A stretch of DNA of 64,000 bases, from positions 9,796,001 to 9,860,000 of the forward strand of contig CM022669.1 of assembly GCA_012295275.1 (NCBI GenBank), read 5' to 3'. The translations under genes and the position numbers were made by a program. The notes below the pieces were generated by a model, which saw nothing but the letters and a program-made list of their open reading frames with translations, did no database searches and was not told where the DNA came from. The stretch comes from Chrysomallon squamiferum. Lineage: Eukaryota; Animalia; Mollusca. Positions 29,303 through 43,800 of this stretch are shown one piece after another (positions within the stretch are counted from its first letter, which is position 1; each line of letters begins with the position of its first letter).

Positions 29303-32300
29303 ATCAATATTAAAACCAGAAACAAAATTACTTTTTCTTAAAAACATATTAAAACAATTTAATATTAAATTTACTTATTTTACTAAAATAGAAAAAATAA
29401 AAAATAAAACAATTATAAATAAAAAAATCAACTAATATTCACCATCTCTGTTAGACATGAGGTGAACAAGACCATTCAAACAGGCGTCTGTGATTTCTGA
29501 GATGTTACTTGCGCATCGCCCAATAGCCTGGATTGTTGCAGCTGCAAATTCTTTATCTGGGCTTAAAACATACGTCTAGAAAGAAATTTAAATAAATTTA
29601 ACAATGTTTGGAATACAACTATTTTAATCTACTGGCCAAACCAGCTGAAAAAAAAAATTAAAGTCTGTAATTCTAACAATATATTTTGTGCCACAGAATA
29701 TTTGACAAGTCATGAGTTTTGTTTGATCACAATACGGTTAATTAAAAAAATGAAAACCTGGTTGACTTGAAAAGGAAAAATGGTTTCTGATATTTTTATA
29801 CCCTGTTTTGTTCTTTCTTAGTTTATTTATTTACTGATTTTTTAAAAATTATATTTTTAAAAGAATATTTAAATATAATTACACAAAAAAACAGAAAACA
29901 ATCGAGTTGAATATTTTCTTCCAGGGTCTAAACTGCAAGTTTACTTATTTTTGATATTATTTAAACTTCTGTTAGAAAAAGACAGATGCACATAAACATG
30001 ATAAAAAATAAATCAATGTATTACCTGCAGCTCTCGAAGTATGGTAGATATGTTAGTTTCAGTGGCAAGGTTTGTCAAAATTTCTAACTGAAAAATTAAA
30101 ACAGAAAAAAGGAATGAAATAAAAAATAGTTCAACATTTATAATACTGAACACAATTCATCGTATATATATTCATACTGCTTAAAAATATGGTTTATTGA
30201 ATTATATATACATTTTTTTTTTTTTTTTTTTTTTTTTTTTAGCTGAAGTAGATATTTTTGCTACAGTTAAATTCATTCAAACATTATAAAATAATCATTC
30301 ATGAAAAGAAAATTACAACAACTCCATAAAGGACTAAAAATGTTAAGTTAGAAAAGACTTCACCTTTAGTAGTTTGATGTGAAGTGCATCACTGGATCGA
30401 ACGTAGAAACTCTTCAAGTGAGGCTCAAACATTCCCTTTTTTTTTAAAAAGAAGTGGAAAAACAAAATATGACATAATCAATCAAATAAGATATTTTTCT
30501 TCTTAAATGAATTTTTCTTCTTAAACAATATTTTTGGTCAATTATAGCATTGTTTTTTTTAACTCTCCAAATAGTTATACCAAATTGTTTTAGTGTTAGA
30601 TAAAAAGTTAAATTCATTGATGTATGAACTGAACAATTCAATTACAAAACAACAAAATGGAAAAGGACTCAAACTGTGAAGATTTCACAGAATTGAATGA
30701 TGTTTAACTGCAATTAACACACAGTTAAGAAAAAAGTATTATTTTACTTAATGTAAAATTAGGGAATAATTATGGACATTAAAATATAAACATTATATTT
30801 CAGTTAAAAGAGAAACAGTAATAATAAAAAGATGATGTAAATGAAATTATTAGAAGAAAAGAGCATACTTTAAACTTATGTTAAAAATTTAGTTTTCCTT
30901 TTTTTTTTAAAAATAACTTTTGCATTCATTAATGTATGAGTGTACTTTTAATTAAAGCTATAACATACCTTTCTCCTTATAGTCATGGTTGCAATGTTAC
31001 TAAGAACCACATACTGTATTTCTCTGAAAAATAAATAAGTAAATAAATAAAATGAAATAAAGTAATATTAAAAAGACTTGTACAAAAAAAAAAAAAAAAA
31101 AAAGGAAAAACAAAAACGAAAAAGAAAATGAAGTTTAACTAAATTTAAGGCAAAGAGATTACTTAATGTGAATTTAATAATTCATTAAAATTTATTATTA
31201 TTATTATTATTTTAAAGTTAAGTGATTATAAAATTTGTTTGTTTTGAGACAAATTTCTGGAAGCAAACAAATATACAAAATTTATAAAATTCTGTGACTA
31301 CTTCTAAAACTATTCTGCAGTCATTATTGCCATCATCATTATTATTAAAAATAAAATTTTACTAGGAAGAAAAATATATATATTCTCTTCTTCAGAATAT
31401 AAATACTATTGCATAAAAGAGGTTAGAATAGATATAAAGATAAGAGATGTTATAACAACATAACAAACTAACTTGTGATTTCTAAGTAGACGAATTAATG
31501 ACTTGGAAACTACTCCAACTTCTGCCCTTGGAGCACAGTGATAATACAATTGAGCAACTGCCATGACAACCTGAAACTAAAAATAATAACAAAAGCAAAT
31601 AACAAAAATAAAAATCAATAAAACAAAAAATGAAATAAAAAAAATCAATAAAACATTATCATTATATGCTGACATTAACAACAGATGCCACAACATTTTT
31701 CATTAACAACAGATGCCACAACATTAACTGAGTTAATAAATAATTATTTTTTTCAAAATCAATAAACAAAACAATTAAATAAAGACAAAAATACAAAAAT
31801 AAATAAACAGAGAAATCTGTAAATAAATTATTTTTTCATACAAGTTACTCCTTGTTTATGATGTAGCACATATATCATTTATTTAACTGTTCACTAACAA
31901 TGATTTAGAGATTTAAAAGTGAAATGCTTAAATGCCATCATATAATGTATAGATTGAATACAAAAAAGATTTCAGAATGTGTTTTTTTTTTGTTTGTGCA
32001 GAGAAAAAAAACATTTTCATTTTGTGAAATATTTAGTTTATAACTCACTGCAGCATTTCGACTATTTAACAGAGGTTTTGCCTGGCGCAGAAGAAGTCTG
32101 TGGTCACTGTCCATGATGTAAACTTTCTTCTTAAGTTTCTTTCCCTTCTCATCTTCCTCATCCGAGGACTTCTCAGAATCTTCATAAAATGGACGTTCAG
32201 TTTCCTCATTTTCATCCTGGAAAAATAAAAATAAAACATGGTGATAATGATGAGAATAATAATAATAAAATATAAATAAATAGTAATAAATAAGCAAATA

Positions 32301-32758
32301 AATAAATAATTTAATGATAATAAAAAATAAAAATTTTAATACTAGAATTTTAAACTGAAATACTTCTAAAAAAAAGGAAAAAAAGAAAGATACGTAATTT
32401 AAAACACTTCAGATTTAATTATCACTAAGAAAAAGGACAATAAAAAAATACAAATGTGAGATTTCCTTTTTTTTAATTTTTTTTATCAAGTTTAAAACAT
32501 GATATTAAAATTCTAATTTGTATAAAATTAGGATGACAACCATTACCAATCACTGTAGCTAGTGAACATTGAGAATTTAACATTAAACTTTTAAACAGAC
32601 ACTTTCCTTAACTGTGTCACACTTTGTTTTATAAACCATTCTATCACTGCATAGCTATTATCCTATCCACTTGAATTTTTAATTTATCAAATAATGCTTA
32701 CAGTTGGCATTATTACTATTATTATTATTTATATGTTTACTGTTATTACTATTATTAC

Positions 32759-32832
<74 letters not shown>

Positions 32833-35800
32833 TAATTAATTTCTTATTTTTATTGTTTTTTCAGTTGTTGCTTTGAAAATTTGTTTTACTTTACCAGTGA
32901 ATCCATTTAAAATAAAGTATATTTCACCACTGGAGGGGAATCTATAATACTTCATATGTAATTTACTCACATCTTTGTTTGGGTCGACAAACTGAGTTCG
33001 ACAGTAACGTGTCAACATGTTGATGATGACGACCTGACCCCATTCCTCAACATCTACGAGAAGGTTGACCAGCTTTCTGTAGTTCTTGTGAATGAGGTCA
33101 ATTCTCTCCGGACAAACTTCCTCGAAAGCCTGGATTGCACTGCCAGCCACCAGCTGTGATAAACATTTAATTATTTTTCGTTTATATTAATTTTCAAGTT
33201 TTTTTAGGAGGTAAATTTAAAAAAAACATTAATTTTTTAAATTAAGCATTTTAACAGTTTTTATTTTGACAAATAAAGTTAAGTGATTAAATATAAATAA
33301 TAATAATAATAATAATAATAATACGAAATATAACAAAAAATAAATAAGAAATATAATATTAATAAAGTTACTATTTATATCAGTGTTAACAATTTAATTT
33401 TCACTCTATTATATCAACACATTTGCAATTTGTTTAAAATAAATTGTTACTACTGTTCCATAATTTTAATTTAAATCTGTGAACTAAGGTGTTACTATTA
33501 AATTATACATATTTTTGTTTACCGTTGTCTTATCACTCAGCAATCTTTCTATCACTTCTATCAGCTGATCTTTGGTTTCTGGGTCCAAACTAAAATAAAA
33601 TAAAATATATATATATATATGTGTGTGTATATATTTTAATGATTCTCTAAAATAAGTCTTTTAATTAATAGAAATATATTATTTTCTGCCACTTCAAATG
33701 AGCAAAATAGCAATATAATAAATAAAAAATTCATTACAATATTGATTTTTTTTTTTTAATTTATAATAAACCATACACATCTGACTAAAACTGATTTTAA
33801 AAAAAAGTAAACAGACAAAAACATATATACATCTGAAAACAAAAATTAAATTTATTTTAATAAATAATTATTTACTATTAGAATTTTTAGTTTGTTTTAC
33901 CTGTACAGTTTAGGAATGCCGTGAGCTGCAGTTTTTCTCACATATGGTGACATGTCCATCACAGCCTCTTTTATTGCCAACATCATGATTGGAGCAATAA
34001 CTGTCACTCGAATACTGGACAGAACTCTCAGAGCACTCGCCCGTATTAACTGATTAGGATCCTGTGAAATAAATATACAAATAAATACAGACACTGTTAG
34101 TTTTTATAAAAGAAATAAATACAGACATTGATAGCTTTTATAAAAGAAACACATGTAGATTAATATTTAATTGATTTGATATATACGTTAGATTTTACTA
34201 AAGAAATATACATAAGAATATTATTATTATTCAAGTGATTAGAATCCTGTGAAATAAATATATAAATACACACACTGTTAGTTTTTATTAAAAAAATAAA
34301 CAAACGAAGATTAATATATTAAAAATACATCTAGACTTTATAATAAAAGAACTATTATTTTTACATTACTTTTACATTAAAATTAATCATTTTTATACGT
34401 GAATTATGAAATTACTTACAAAAGACAAAAAGAAAAGATCTATCTATCTATCTATCTGTCTATCTATCTATAGATAAACAATTTAAAATAATAAAAAAAG
34501 AAATAAATAATTTCATAAAAAAAAAAAAAAAAAAAACAACAATATATCCACATACTTTATATACTGATTCTTTATTTAATTTTTTATAGTATTTTGTTTA
34601 TTTATATGCATTAATTATTTTAATATTATATATTGTGAAATACTGATTTGTGCTTTCTTTGGAAATTTTATTACTTTACTTTAGACAAAATATGACTGTT
34701 AAATTAACCAATAATTTAATTTTTGTCACCTTGAGAGCTCGTTGGAAAGTACTAATTGACAACAAAGCAAGATCTTGTTGTTCTTCAGCATAGCGAGTCA
34801 AATATACATAAACCAGTTTCTTTATCTGAAAAATAATTTGATAAAATTAAAACTGTTAGTTCATTAAAAACAATATACAGTGAATTTGTTATTGCAGATG
34901 TGTATTAAAGAAAAATTAGTTATCTAATTAAATAATAATAAACACATTTAAAACAATAATGATTTAAATAAAATTTGAAAAAATTTATAAATATTAAGTA
35001 ATATATGTTAAAATATCAACTGCATTAAATATTTGGGGTTTTGATGTTTTTATTCAAGTTATTTACCTCCAGGTTTTTTGACACAACATTCTTCACCACT
35101 GCTGGAAAGAGATCAGAGGCATCTTTTCCTTTGGCCACCATCTTCAATGAGTATAAAGATTTAAATAATGTTTATAAAATTATTATTTCAATAACAAATG
35201 TGTCCTTTTTTGCATAATCTTTTATGGTCTGTCTTAAGAGGATTTATTTTTTAAACTGAATTTATCAAATTAAATATCTGAATTGCACATGCATATAGTA
35301 ATATTAAAAAATTTTTTTTTTTTTGTTTTGTTTTTTTTTTTTTTATTATTATTTTTTTTAATATAAATGAATCTGTTGCTGGCTTAAGCTACTGTTATTT
35401 GTATTACATATTTTTGTTTTGTCTTAGTGGAAATCTGTACAAAAAAGTATTATAAATATTATATTATACCTAGATGGCATTCAATCAATCAGCAATTTAT
35501 TTTCTATGGACTTTAATAAAATTTCTAGATCCTTAAATATTGGTAAAACACAACTTTTAAAAATGTCGTGGATATTATTTTTCACAAGCAATTTTTACTT
35601 TTTTTATTATTATTATTTTTTTAACTGATCTTTTGGAACTGCAACAATTAATGGATGACATCATAACTGGATGTTCTAAATGTTCCTAATATAGCATACC
35701 CCAACAATTCTCTTCATTGCCTCCAACTTTAGATTATCTTTGTTGCTGTCCAACATGGTTTTTAGATCTTCATGTCTTTAATAAATAAACAAATAAATAA

Positions 35801-36360
35801 ATAAATAACGTTTTACTTCTATATTTATTAATTTAATATCTACATTGGATTTAAACATGTCTAAATGTTTACATGTTCGGTTTGTGGAATAAAACAAATA
35901 ATAGAAACTTCCATTAACTAAAACAGTATGATGAATATTAATACACTGTTAATGATATAAAAAATAAAATAATAAATATAAGTTTATAATAAATCATACA
36001 ATTAAATGAATTATGTTGAGTTCTATAATAATTTCTTAAATATTTTTGTCGACATCATATTCGTATCCCACTTCTCTGTTATATTATTGGTGGCATCTAT
36101 GAATTATAGATATAGAATACTAATATATTATCATTAAATATGTCATTCAAAATTTCGGTGAAATTATCATTATAATTATGATCATTATCATCATCATGAT
36201 GGTCATTTCAAGCGCAGCAAACTGACCTTTTAAAATCTGTCGTGAAAAAACCACTGCTCGCTGGATCATTAGCAAGATCCGCATCCCCACTACCCGTGGA
36301 CGACGGCGGTTTTTCATTAGCGTAGCTCGATGACAACTGGAGGCCGTTCCCCGACATCAT
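21630..36360 (-). CDS. AP3B1: AP-3 adaptor complex subunit beta (AP3B1/AP3B2 ortholog), 24 coding exons, about 1069 aa
   Basis: Exons 5'->3': 36227-36360, 35700-35775, 35067-35141, 34730-34825, 33901-34061, 33523-33589, 32971-33153, 32049-32216, 31473-31570, 30969-31023, 30364-30435, 30025-30087, 29443-29575, 29209-29261, 26999-27166, 26344-26596, 25777-26004, 25252-25487, 24687-24756, 24050-24165, 23605-23793, 23353-23395, 22640-22822, 21630-21919. All phases are compatible (3210 nt). Diagnostic peptides: [74 protein letters not shown], acidic S/D/E hinge, LLDLND, and C-terminal [13 protein letters not shown]. Confidence 0.97.
22951..23214. repeat. Local direct duplication of about 115 bp in AP3B intron 22
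   Basis: 22951-23066 and 23103-23214 share ataaccta...actatttctaagtttctgataaaaattaaaa...gatggaagtaactgaattaaagtatgttttctgtaacttataacagtaaaa.atgtatttatatattt. Confidence 0.9.
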
Positions 36361-37289
36361 TGATAATTGACAGCTTCGATGGTGAAACGGAAGTAATATT
36401 AAAATAAAGCCGGAAATCATGTGGCAAAGGTTATTATAATTTCGATAGTTCCATGAATACGAATACGGAATCGCATTATCTCTAATGCACACATTAAAAC
36501 TGTTAAATTATCCAGAAACTATTATTCAAATTAATATTCTGTAACAAAGAACAGTGATTCTCAGCGTTTCTTTTTTTATTCATAAAGGAGAAAATTAGAT
36601 AGAGAAATTTCATTTGTTATTTCTGTATAACTAATTAATAATTCATAATAATTCTTAATAGTTATAACTGTTTCTAACTTTAGGAGTAAAAATGTCAACC
36701 AGCTAAAATAAATGTGGAATCAGTCATAACAAATTCAGTTAATTTGTACATCTACTATATATTTACATCCACATATTGTAGATAAGTCTCAGCATTAACA
36801 TGTGTGAGTTACAATATGATAATTTCAAAAAACATGATTAACACCTAATGCAAAGAGGAGTAAAATTAGTGTTTGTTCGTTTTGAAAAATAATGACATTT
36901 GTGTTCCCATTCCACCCACGATCCCAATTATAAAAAATTCCAAATCAATACATGTAACCGGACCGAGTATAACCGGTTTAAATAATAAAAAATATATGTC
37001 TGGTATATTATTAATGTTCCGTTTTGCACATAAATATATTCTTTATAAAACCATGATAAAATGCGCATCTAAATGAGCTCATTAAAGACTAAATATGACG
37101 TAATTTCATGTGACATTAAATGATGCGCATGCGCATGAGTAATCTGCCATTTTAGAAACACCTCGGAGTAAACCTGTCATGAAAACAGATTTTACCTTGG
37201 CTTGGAATTGACAGAAAACGAAACTACGGCGCAAGAACATTACGTTCGAAGGCGTCTTTCAGTTGAAATTGCACTAGAATTGGTTAATC
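36361..37289. promoter_or_regulatory. Divergent (bidirectional) promoter region between AP3B and SCAMP
   Basis: 929 bp between the two ATGs, CpG-rich at both ends. ETS-like CGGAAGT (about 36388) and CCGGAAAT (about 36409), CRE-like TGACGTAA (about 37096), NRF1 palindrome TGCGCATGCGCA (about 37124), YY1-like GCCATTTT (about 37146). Confidence 0.75.
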
Positions 37290-37791
37290 ATGTCTGACTT
37301 TGACGCCAATCCGTTCGCGGACCCTAATCAAGCGAATCCATTTGCTGTGAGTAATTTCTGTTCGATGTGACACAGGCTGTTTATGATTTATTCTATTCCT
37401 GTTTCAGTTTCCTTTCCTTTTATTCATTATACTTATAAATACCTTATACTTCATTTGTATCTCCAGTACAGTAAATATGAAACGGGAATATTGCTTAATA
37501 ACGTAACCGGTTTCAGGGAACATAAAATATGAAACAGAAAATCAAAATGAGAAATGTATTGATTTTTTAAATAATATTTATTATAAATTATACCTGTAAA
37601 CTTAGTTTTGTTTTCAGTGATAACTAAATTCTGAAATAACAATGCATGACAGTTTTAGATATAACTATTTTTTCTTCTTTTTTTATTTTGTTTGTTTTTA
37701 AAGAAAAATGTATAAATAATTATTCCAAGCAACCTTTCAATATCATAACTTGAAGTGGAAACTTTTTGCATCTCGCTATTATTATTACTGT

Positions 37792-37839
<48 letters not shown>

Positions 37840-40800
37840 ACTACTACTACTACAGTTTGCCGTACTACTACACTACTACTACTACAGTTTGCTACTACTG
37901 CATGTATTTTTGTTAATAAATACAATTCATTGGTATATTAAAAAACATTTCAGGATCCTTCTGTTAGGCAGGCTGCAGGTAATCGAGGACAGCAGGCTGG
38001 AGGTTTAGATGACTACAATCCATTTGCAGAAAATAATCAGACCCGTCCTGCTGCTGGGGTAAATTACAGTGATATAGTTTTTATGCATCAGTGTGTAATT
38101 GTGTTTGCATATGTGCATGGATGTCTCAGTTTTTCTTCAGTAATGTTTACAAAGTGAAAATCAAATGATAATTGATATAAATGTACATCAAATAAATCTG
38201 TACAGTCTGTTACTGACCAAAAAGATATATGTATTAGAAAAAGATTATGTGGCATATGCTAAAAATTAGACAAGATTTTTATTTGAAATAATGAGAATTT
38301 TAACCAGACCATAAAAGAAATTATCACTTGTGGGTAAAGGTATGAAAGTCAGACATTTCCTAATGTATCGATTTATACAGTATTAATATTGATTAATATT
38401 CATGGCAAAGTAATGTATTTGAATATGGACCAAAAGTTTTTCTAATTCAAAAGTCAACAAAATGGTGTAGAAATCATTGTTCATGTGAATGAACTAGCCA
38501 GGTAACAAAAACCATCAACAAACACTTGAAGTAATCAACATTCTCCATTTTAATCAAACTACAGATAAAACCAGTTCATGCTAACCCTATCTTTGTGAAT
38601 GGAAAATAACTGCCACAGAATTTGTTCCCTGATGTTTGTCAAACACCAGAAATTGGTGTTAATTCTATACTGATGGTATTAAAACACTTTGTTTATAACT
38701 CATTTTCAGCCTTTTTATAATTTATTGCTCACCTGACAGTTTATTATTTATTTTAATATCTTTTGTTTAAAAAAAATTAAATATTGTTTATTTGAAATGC
38801 CATAGTTTTACTATGCTGTTAATGCATGAAGGTGTCATTGTCAAATTTATATAGTGCTGTTTCATGTTAAAAGTGAAATGGCAAATTAAATGGAATAATA
38901 TGCATATTCATAACCCAAATACACTACATAACTTGAAGAAAGCAGTACATAAGGCGATAAGCTCATGAATATGGATATTTATAATCAAATTAGCATATAA
39001 TAGATATATATATTGTATACATACATGAAATAGTTAATACATTAGGCTTAGCTATTAATATTTATGAATAATTCTTCTGATTAAATAATACGTAAAAATA
39101 TATATATTAGACATTTGAAATTACATATAATTTAAGAATAACACATCATGGATTAATTTTTGTGTAAGGAAATGTTTTTGTCAAATTATTATTCATCTTA
39201 TTAAAAAGTTAGAGAGTTAAAGCTTACTTTGTTTTAAAAAAGAACCAACATGAATTAATATTATAAAAGTTATTTAATCATATTTTTCCTGTAAACTTTG
39301 TATCAGTATCTATATATCCATACAAAGCCAGTGAATTATACATTGCAATGAGTGAATTTTTTACCAAAATGTGTTAAGAGTAAACTTTGTTTTCAGTTTA
39401 CTTAATTTTTACTTGATTTAATTAACCTGCCTATAATTATAAATTTTAAATAACTTTAATTTGTTTTTTGTTTTCTTTAATTGTGTGTATGTGTGATCAT
39501 AGTTTATTAAAACATACTTTAAAAAGATAATAATTAAGATGCTTATATAATGTTAATTTTCACTACATTCAAATTTAAGCCCAGTAATAAATATTTGCAA
39601 TTTTCATTTAAAAAAAAAAGGAGTGTTGCTTTATTTATCATTCATTCAATTACTGTTGGTTAATGGAAAGAAACAATCTTTTTTCTTGCAGTCGAATGCA
39701 CCACTTGTACCACCCCCACAGCCTGCACCTCCATCTCAGCCTGCTATTATGAAGCCATCAGAGGAACCACCCCCACCATATTCACAGTCAGGTGCTCAGA
39801 AGATAGACACCAGTGATCTGCAAAGAAGACAGGAGGTTTGTAATGAATTAGGTTTGATAATTGATTTTATTTGAAATGAGCTAAAAGCATTCATTATAAG
39901 GTAAGTGGGAGAAAAAAAAACAGAAATCAAAATGATGAAAGACATAAGTTAGAGAAGGAAAAGGAAAAAGTCAAAATGATCAAAGATAACAAGTCAGAAA
40001 CGGCAAAAGAAAGAACTAAATGAAAAATACTGAAGATAAGTCAGAAATTCTAATGAAACAGTTTAAAATGACTGAAGAAAGAAGTAACAGTTCAGAGAAA
40101 AAGTCACAATATTACAACAGACAAACAAAGTACCAACTGATGTTAGGCACATTTATCCATCTTTTACTGGTATTGGGCATTCTGTCAAACTGTGGCTATT
40201 CTCAGATTCACAAACTGCCAAAGCATTGGTTCATACATTAGCCCTGATCAGGAATGTATCTACAGAAAATAAAATGTATGGCAAACATTAAAATTCAGAA
40301 TGTGTTCAGACACCTGGCACCCATTTTTAAAATAACTTTATAACATAAAACAGGCTCAGAAATACAAGTCAGATATATTAATCTTTTAATTATAAATTAA
40401 GGCACTACATGAAAATTATAACTTAATTTAGTTTGATGTGATCAGTCAGTTTTTTCAGTGCTACTGTGAGGTTTGTGTTCAAATAATTCCCAGCAGTGTA
40501 TATTTATCTTGTAATTTAGATAAACAGGTTTTAGTAATCAGGGCATGCTTTAGGAATGAAACTTCACTATCTATCAGCAGAATTTAGTCTTCTTCTGATT
40601 TGAAAAAATCCAGTTGTTTCAACTTTCCTATACAATAGCCACAATACTCTTTTCAAATCAAAGCCTCACATTAGATCCAGTGCTGTTATTCAACATGACT
40701 ACTTGTATTATTTCTTAACCATTAGACATCTTTGTCTTGCAAAGTAACATCTGCATGAAACCAATGCACAGCTGTATACAATAGGATAAATGACTGCCAC

Positions 40801-43800
40801 AACTAATGTGATTGAAAATACTTCATAGGTCAGTATATGAAATCAGTAAGGATCTCGTTTGGTGGAATTTACTGGAAGAAAGGGATGATCTGAACAGTAT
40901 TTAATATGGATGGCAATTGGGCAACCTTTTAAATTATAGATAGTGGGTGAAATCAGTTGTAAATTAATTATCAATCATTTTTATAATGGAACTATACTAA
41001 AAATCCCTTGAAAGATGTCTTCAGATTAAAAAAAATAAATAAATAAATAAAGAAAGAAAGAAAGAAAGAAAGAAAACCTGACAATGGGGAAAACATCCTT
41101 TTGCATTCTTCTTATTGTGGTCTATTCATCCCAAATCTTTAACTGAAGATGGATAAAATATCTGAAAAAATTTATATTTTCACTGCTTAGTGGTTCCTTG
41201 GGCATGTGACACACATTAGAAATATTACTGGCCCTGATTTGCTGATTTCATTATCTCAATGAATTTCTATCCTTGAAATTATTTTAAACCATTGGCTTTT
41301 ATTCTTGAATTTTCCTATTATTATATATTTACATGTATTATTTACTTGTCCCGTCTGAACCTAAGTAACAATTTATTCAAATCTGCATTGCAAATAAGTT
41401 TTCACATTACATTAAAATGAAGAACTGGCATTGTTAGTAACATTGTTTTGAATAGCCCTGGATTATTCCATTTTCAAAATTAACAAACATTTATTAAAAC
41501 TGCAACATATTTATTTATTTTATTTTTTTAAATTAAAAACCCCAAATCAGCCATAAATGCCACAAATATATTCAATATGTGATATCAGTGAAATGATAAA
41601 ATGTAATTACTCCCATGTCAAATAAAATAATTATTACATATAATTGTTCAGAATAAATTACTAGTAATATGTCACTATCATTAATGAGCTTAAGGATATG
41701 ACCAAGATAAATGAAACAGTAAAGTTAAAGTGAATAATAATGGACGAGATTAACACGGCAGGTTCTTGAAACGGCTTAATATTTATTGTAGAGATCACTG
41801 CATTGATCAGCATTAATTGATATACACATGAAAAAGTAAGAACAAATATTCAGTCTGAGAACATAAAATGTTAACAAGTAAATGTCTGTGTGAATGCATG
41901 TGTGTATTGTGTATGTGTGCTGTATTGCTCAAGAATTCTTTCTGAAGATGATTAAAAAACAATAATAAAAAAAAATACCCTCTCCAGTATATGCATTGTT
42001 GTCAATGTTTTTTTAAATCATATTTAAGGTTAACCAAATAAAAGCTGTAAAGGTAATACACTAAATCCCAAGGTCAGAAGGATCAGAGAATCAATGTCAA
42101 CTTAATGGTCACATGTACAGAATAAATGGGAGCAAAACATCAAGAGGAGTTAGGTTTCTGTTTTAAATTTCTTTAGTGCAGTTTACTCGGTTACAACAAT
42201 CCACTTGAATTACGTCTCACTGCACAGTGCACCAATGTAGTTTGATGACTTTATAATTCAGTGATGGGTAACATGAATAATTAAAAAGTAACTGAAAATT
42301 ATAATGAATAAATATAGAGATATCACAAGAAAAAAAAAGAATGTTATATTACGTTTTTGTAAGTGATTGATCAATTAGTATTGGTGTACTTCACATGTTT
42401 ATAAGGATAATTTCAATCATTTTAAGAACACATGTTACAGTGTTTGCAGTGAAGATATCAACTACTGTCATAAAATCGATACATTAAAACTATTTCTTGC
42501 GTCTTTTGTTTAGAAGGAAATGGTCATCGATTGTTCTATCCAGTAGTGTTTGTTTTATCGTATTTAAGAGTAAATAATAATACAAAATAAATAATTAAAT
42601 ACAATAAATAATAATAATAAATAAAAAGGCAAAAGATATCTAAATGTCATGCATGTGCACAATGATGATTAAAAAAATAATTAACTGCTTTGGATATTAT
42701 GACTGGGATTGCGTTTCTTCGATTCAACGATTGCATTACGATTGTCAACAAAAAATAAAAGAAAACGACTTCACTGTTTATCACTATCAGCTATTAAGAA
42801 CTCGCATTTGGGGTCTAGCATTGTTTGAACTTATTATTCATTCAATTCAGATTGTTTCGGCGAATGAAATTAAATACATTTATTTTGTTAAGAAAGTGTG
42901 AATCACCGCAAATTATTATCATTGGTGTTTTTTTTTCTTGTTCTTCTAAAGACAGATTACGATTATTACTTCGAATGCGTATTTTATTATCTTGCGTCTT
43001 AATGCTATTAAGTTAACTTTATTAAACTCTTATGGGAAATCAAATATAGAAAAAGCCCGAAATCACAAGAAGCCCGAAACGGTGCGAGTGTGATTCGTTA
43101 CATAATATGTATTTCCTTTTGCGAGGGAAGATTTAAACCAATCGGAATTAACGTTTCAGAGGACTTCGGCTTGTATGTTTATTATTATTATTATTATTAT
43201 TATTACTACTACTACTACTACTAAGACGCCTTTGGGTTGGTTCTTCCTGTTAAAATGAATATTTCTGGCTTAACATTGAAAAAGTAAAAGAATATGCAAG
43301 TTCTTTTAGTTATTTATATATATTAAACATCTCTTATCTTTGAAATAATAATAATAATTCTAATAATAATAATAATCTGGAAAAGAAAAGAAATAGAATC
43401 TGAACTATTCATCGCCAAATAATTTGTATCGACGTTAACTATAAAATGGGAAATTAAATTTACAACAATATTTGATTTCTTCAATCGAATAGTAGATATT
43501 AGATTGATAGATACGAATTAATTATTCATTTAGCGCATGTCGATAAATGGGGTCACGTAATAAAGTCGACGTCAGTTGAAATCGCGCCTTGCGTTTTAAA
43601 CAAAATATACTGTGGTTGTCTCCCTTCATTAATCTGTGTTCTGTCAGACGTAAACGTTATCGGATAATACAAAATCTAATGGGTTTTTTTGTTGCTACTG
43701 TAATATAATATTCAAAATGTTACAAATAGGTTGTATTAAGAATTAATGTGAAAAGGACAGTTTATTATTATTATTATTAATTTTTTTTAATGGTCCTTTA

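Noticed and set aside
39920-41260. Purine-rich imperfect repeats, ORF 40020-40241 and possible decayed LINE in SCAMP intron 3
   Set aside because: No recognisable RT/endonuclease motifs in frame and no splice support.
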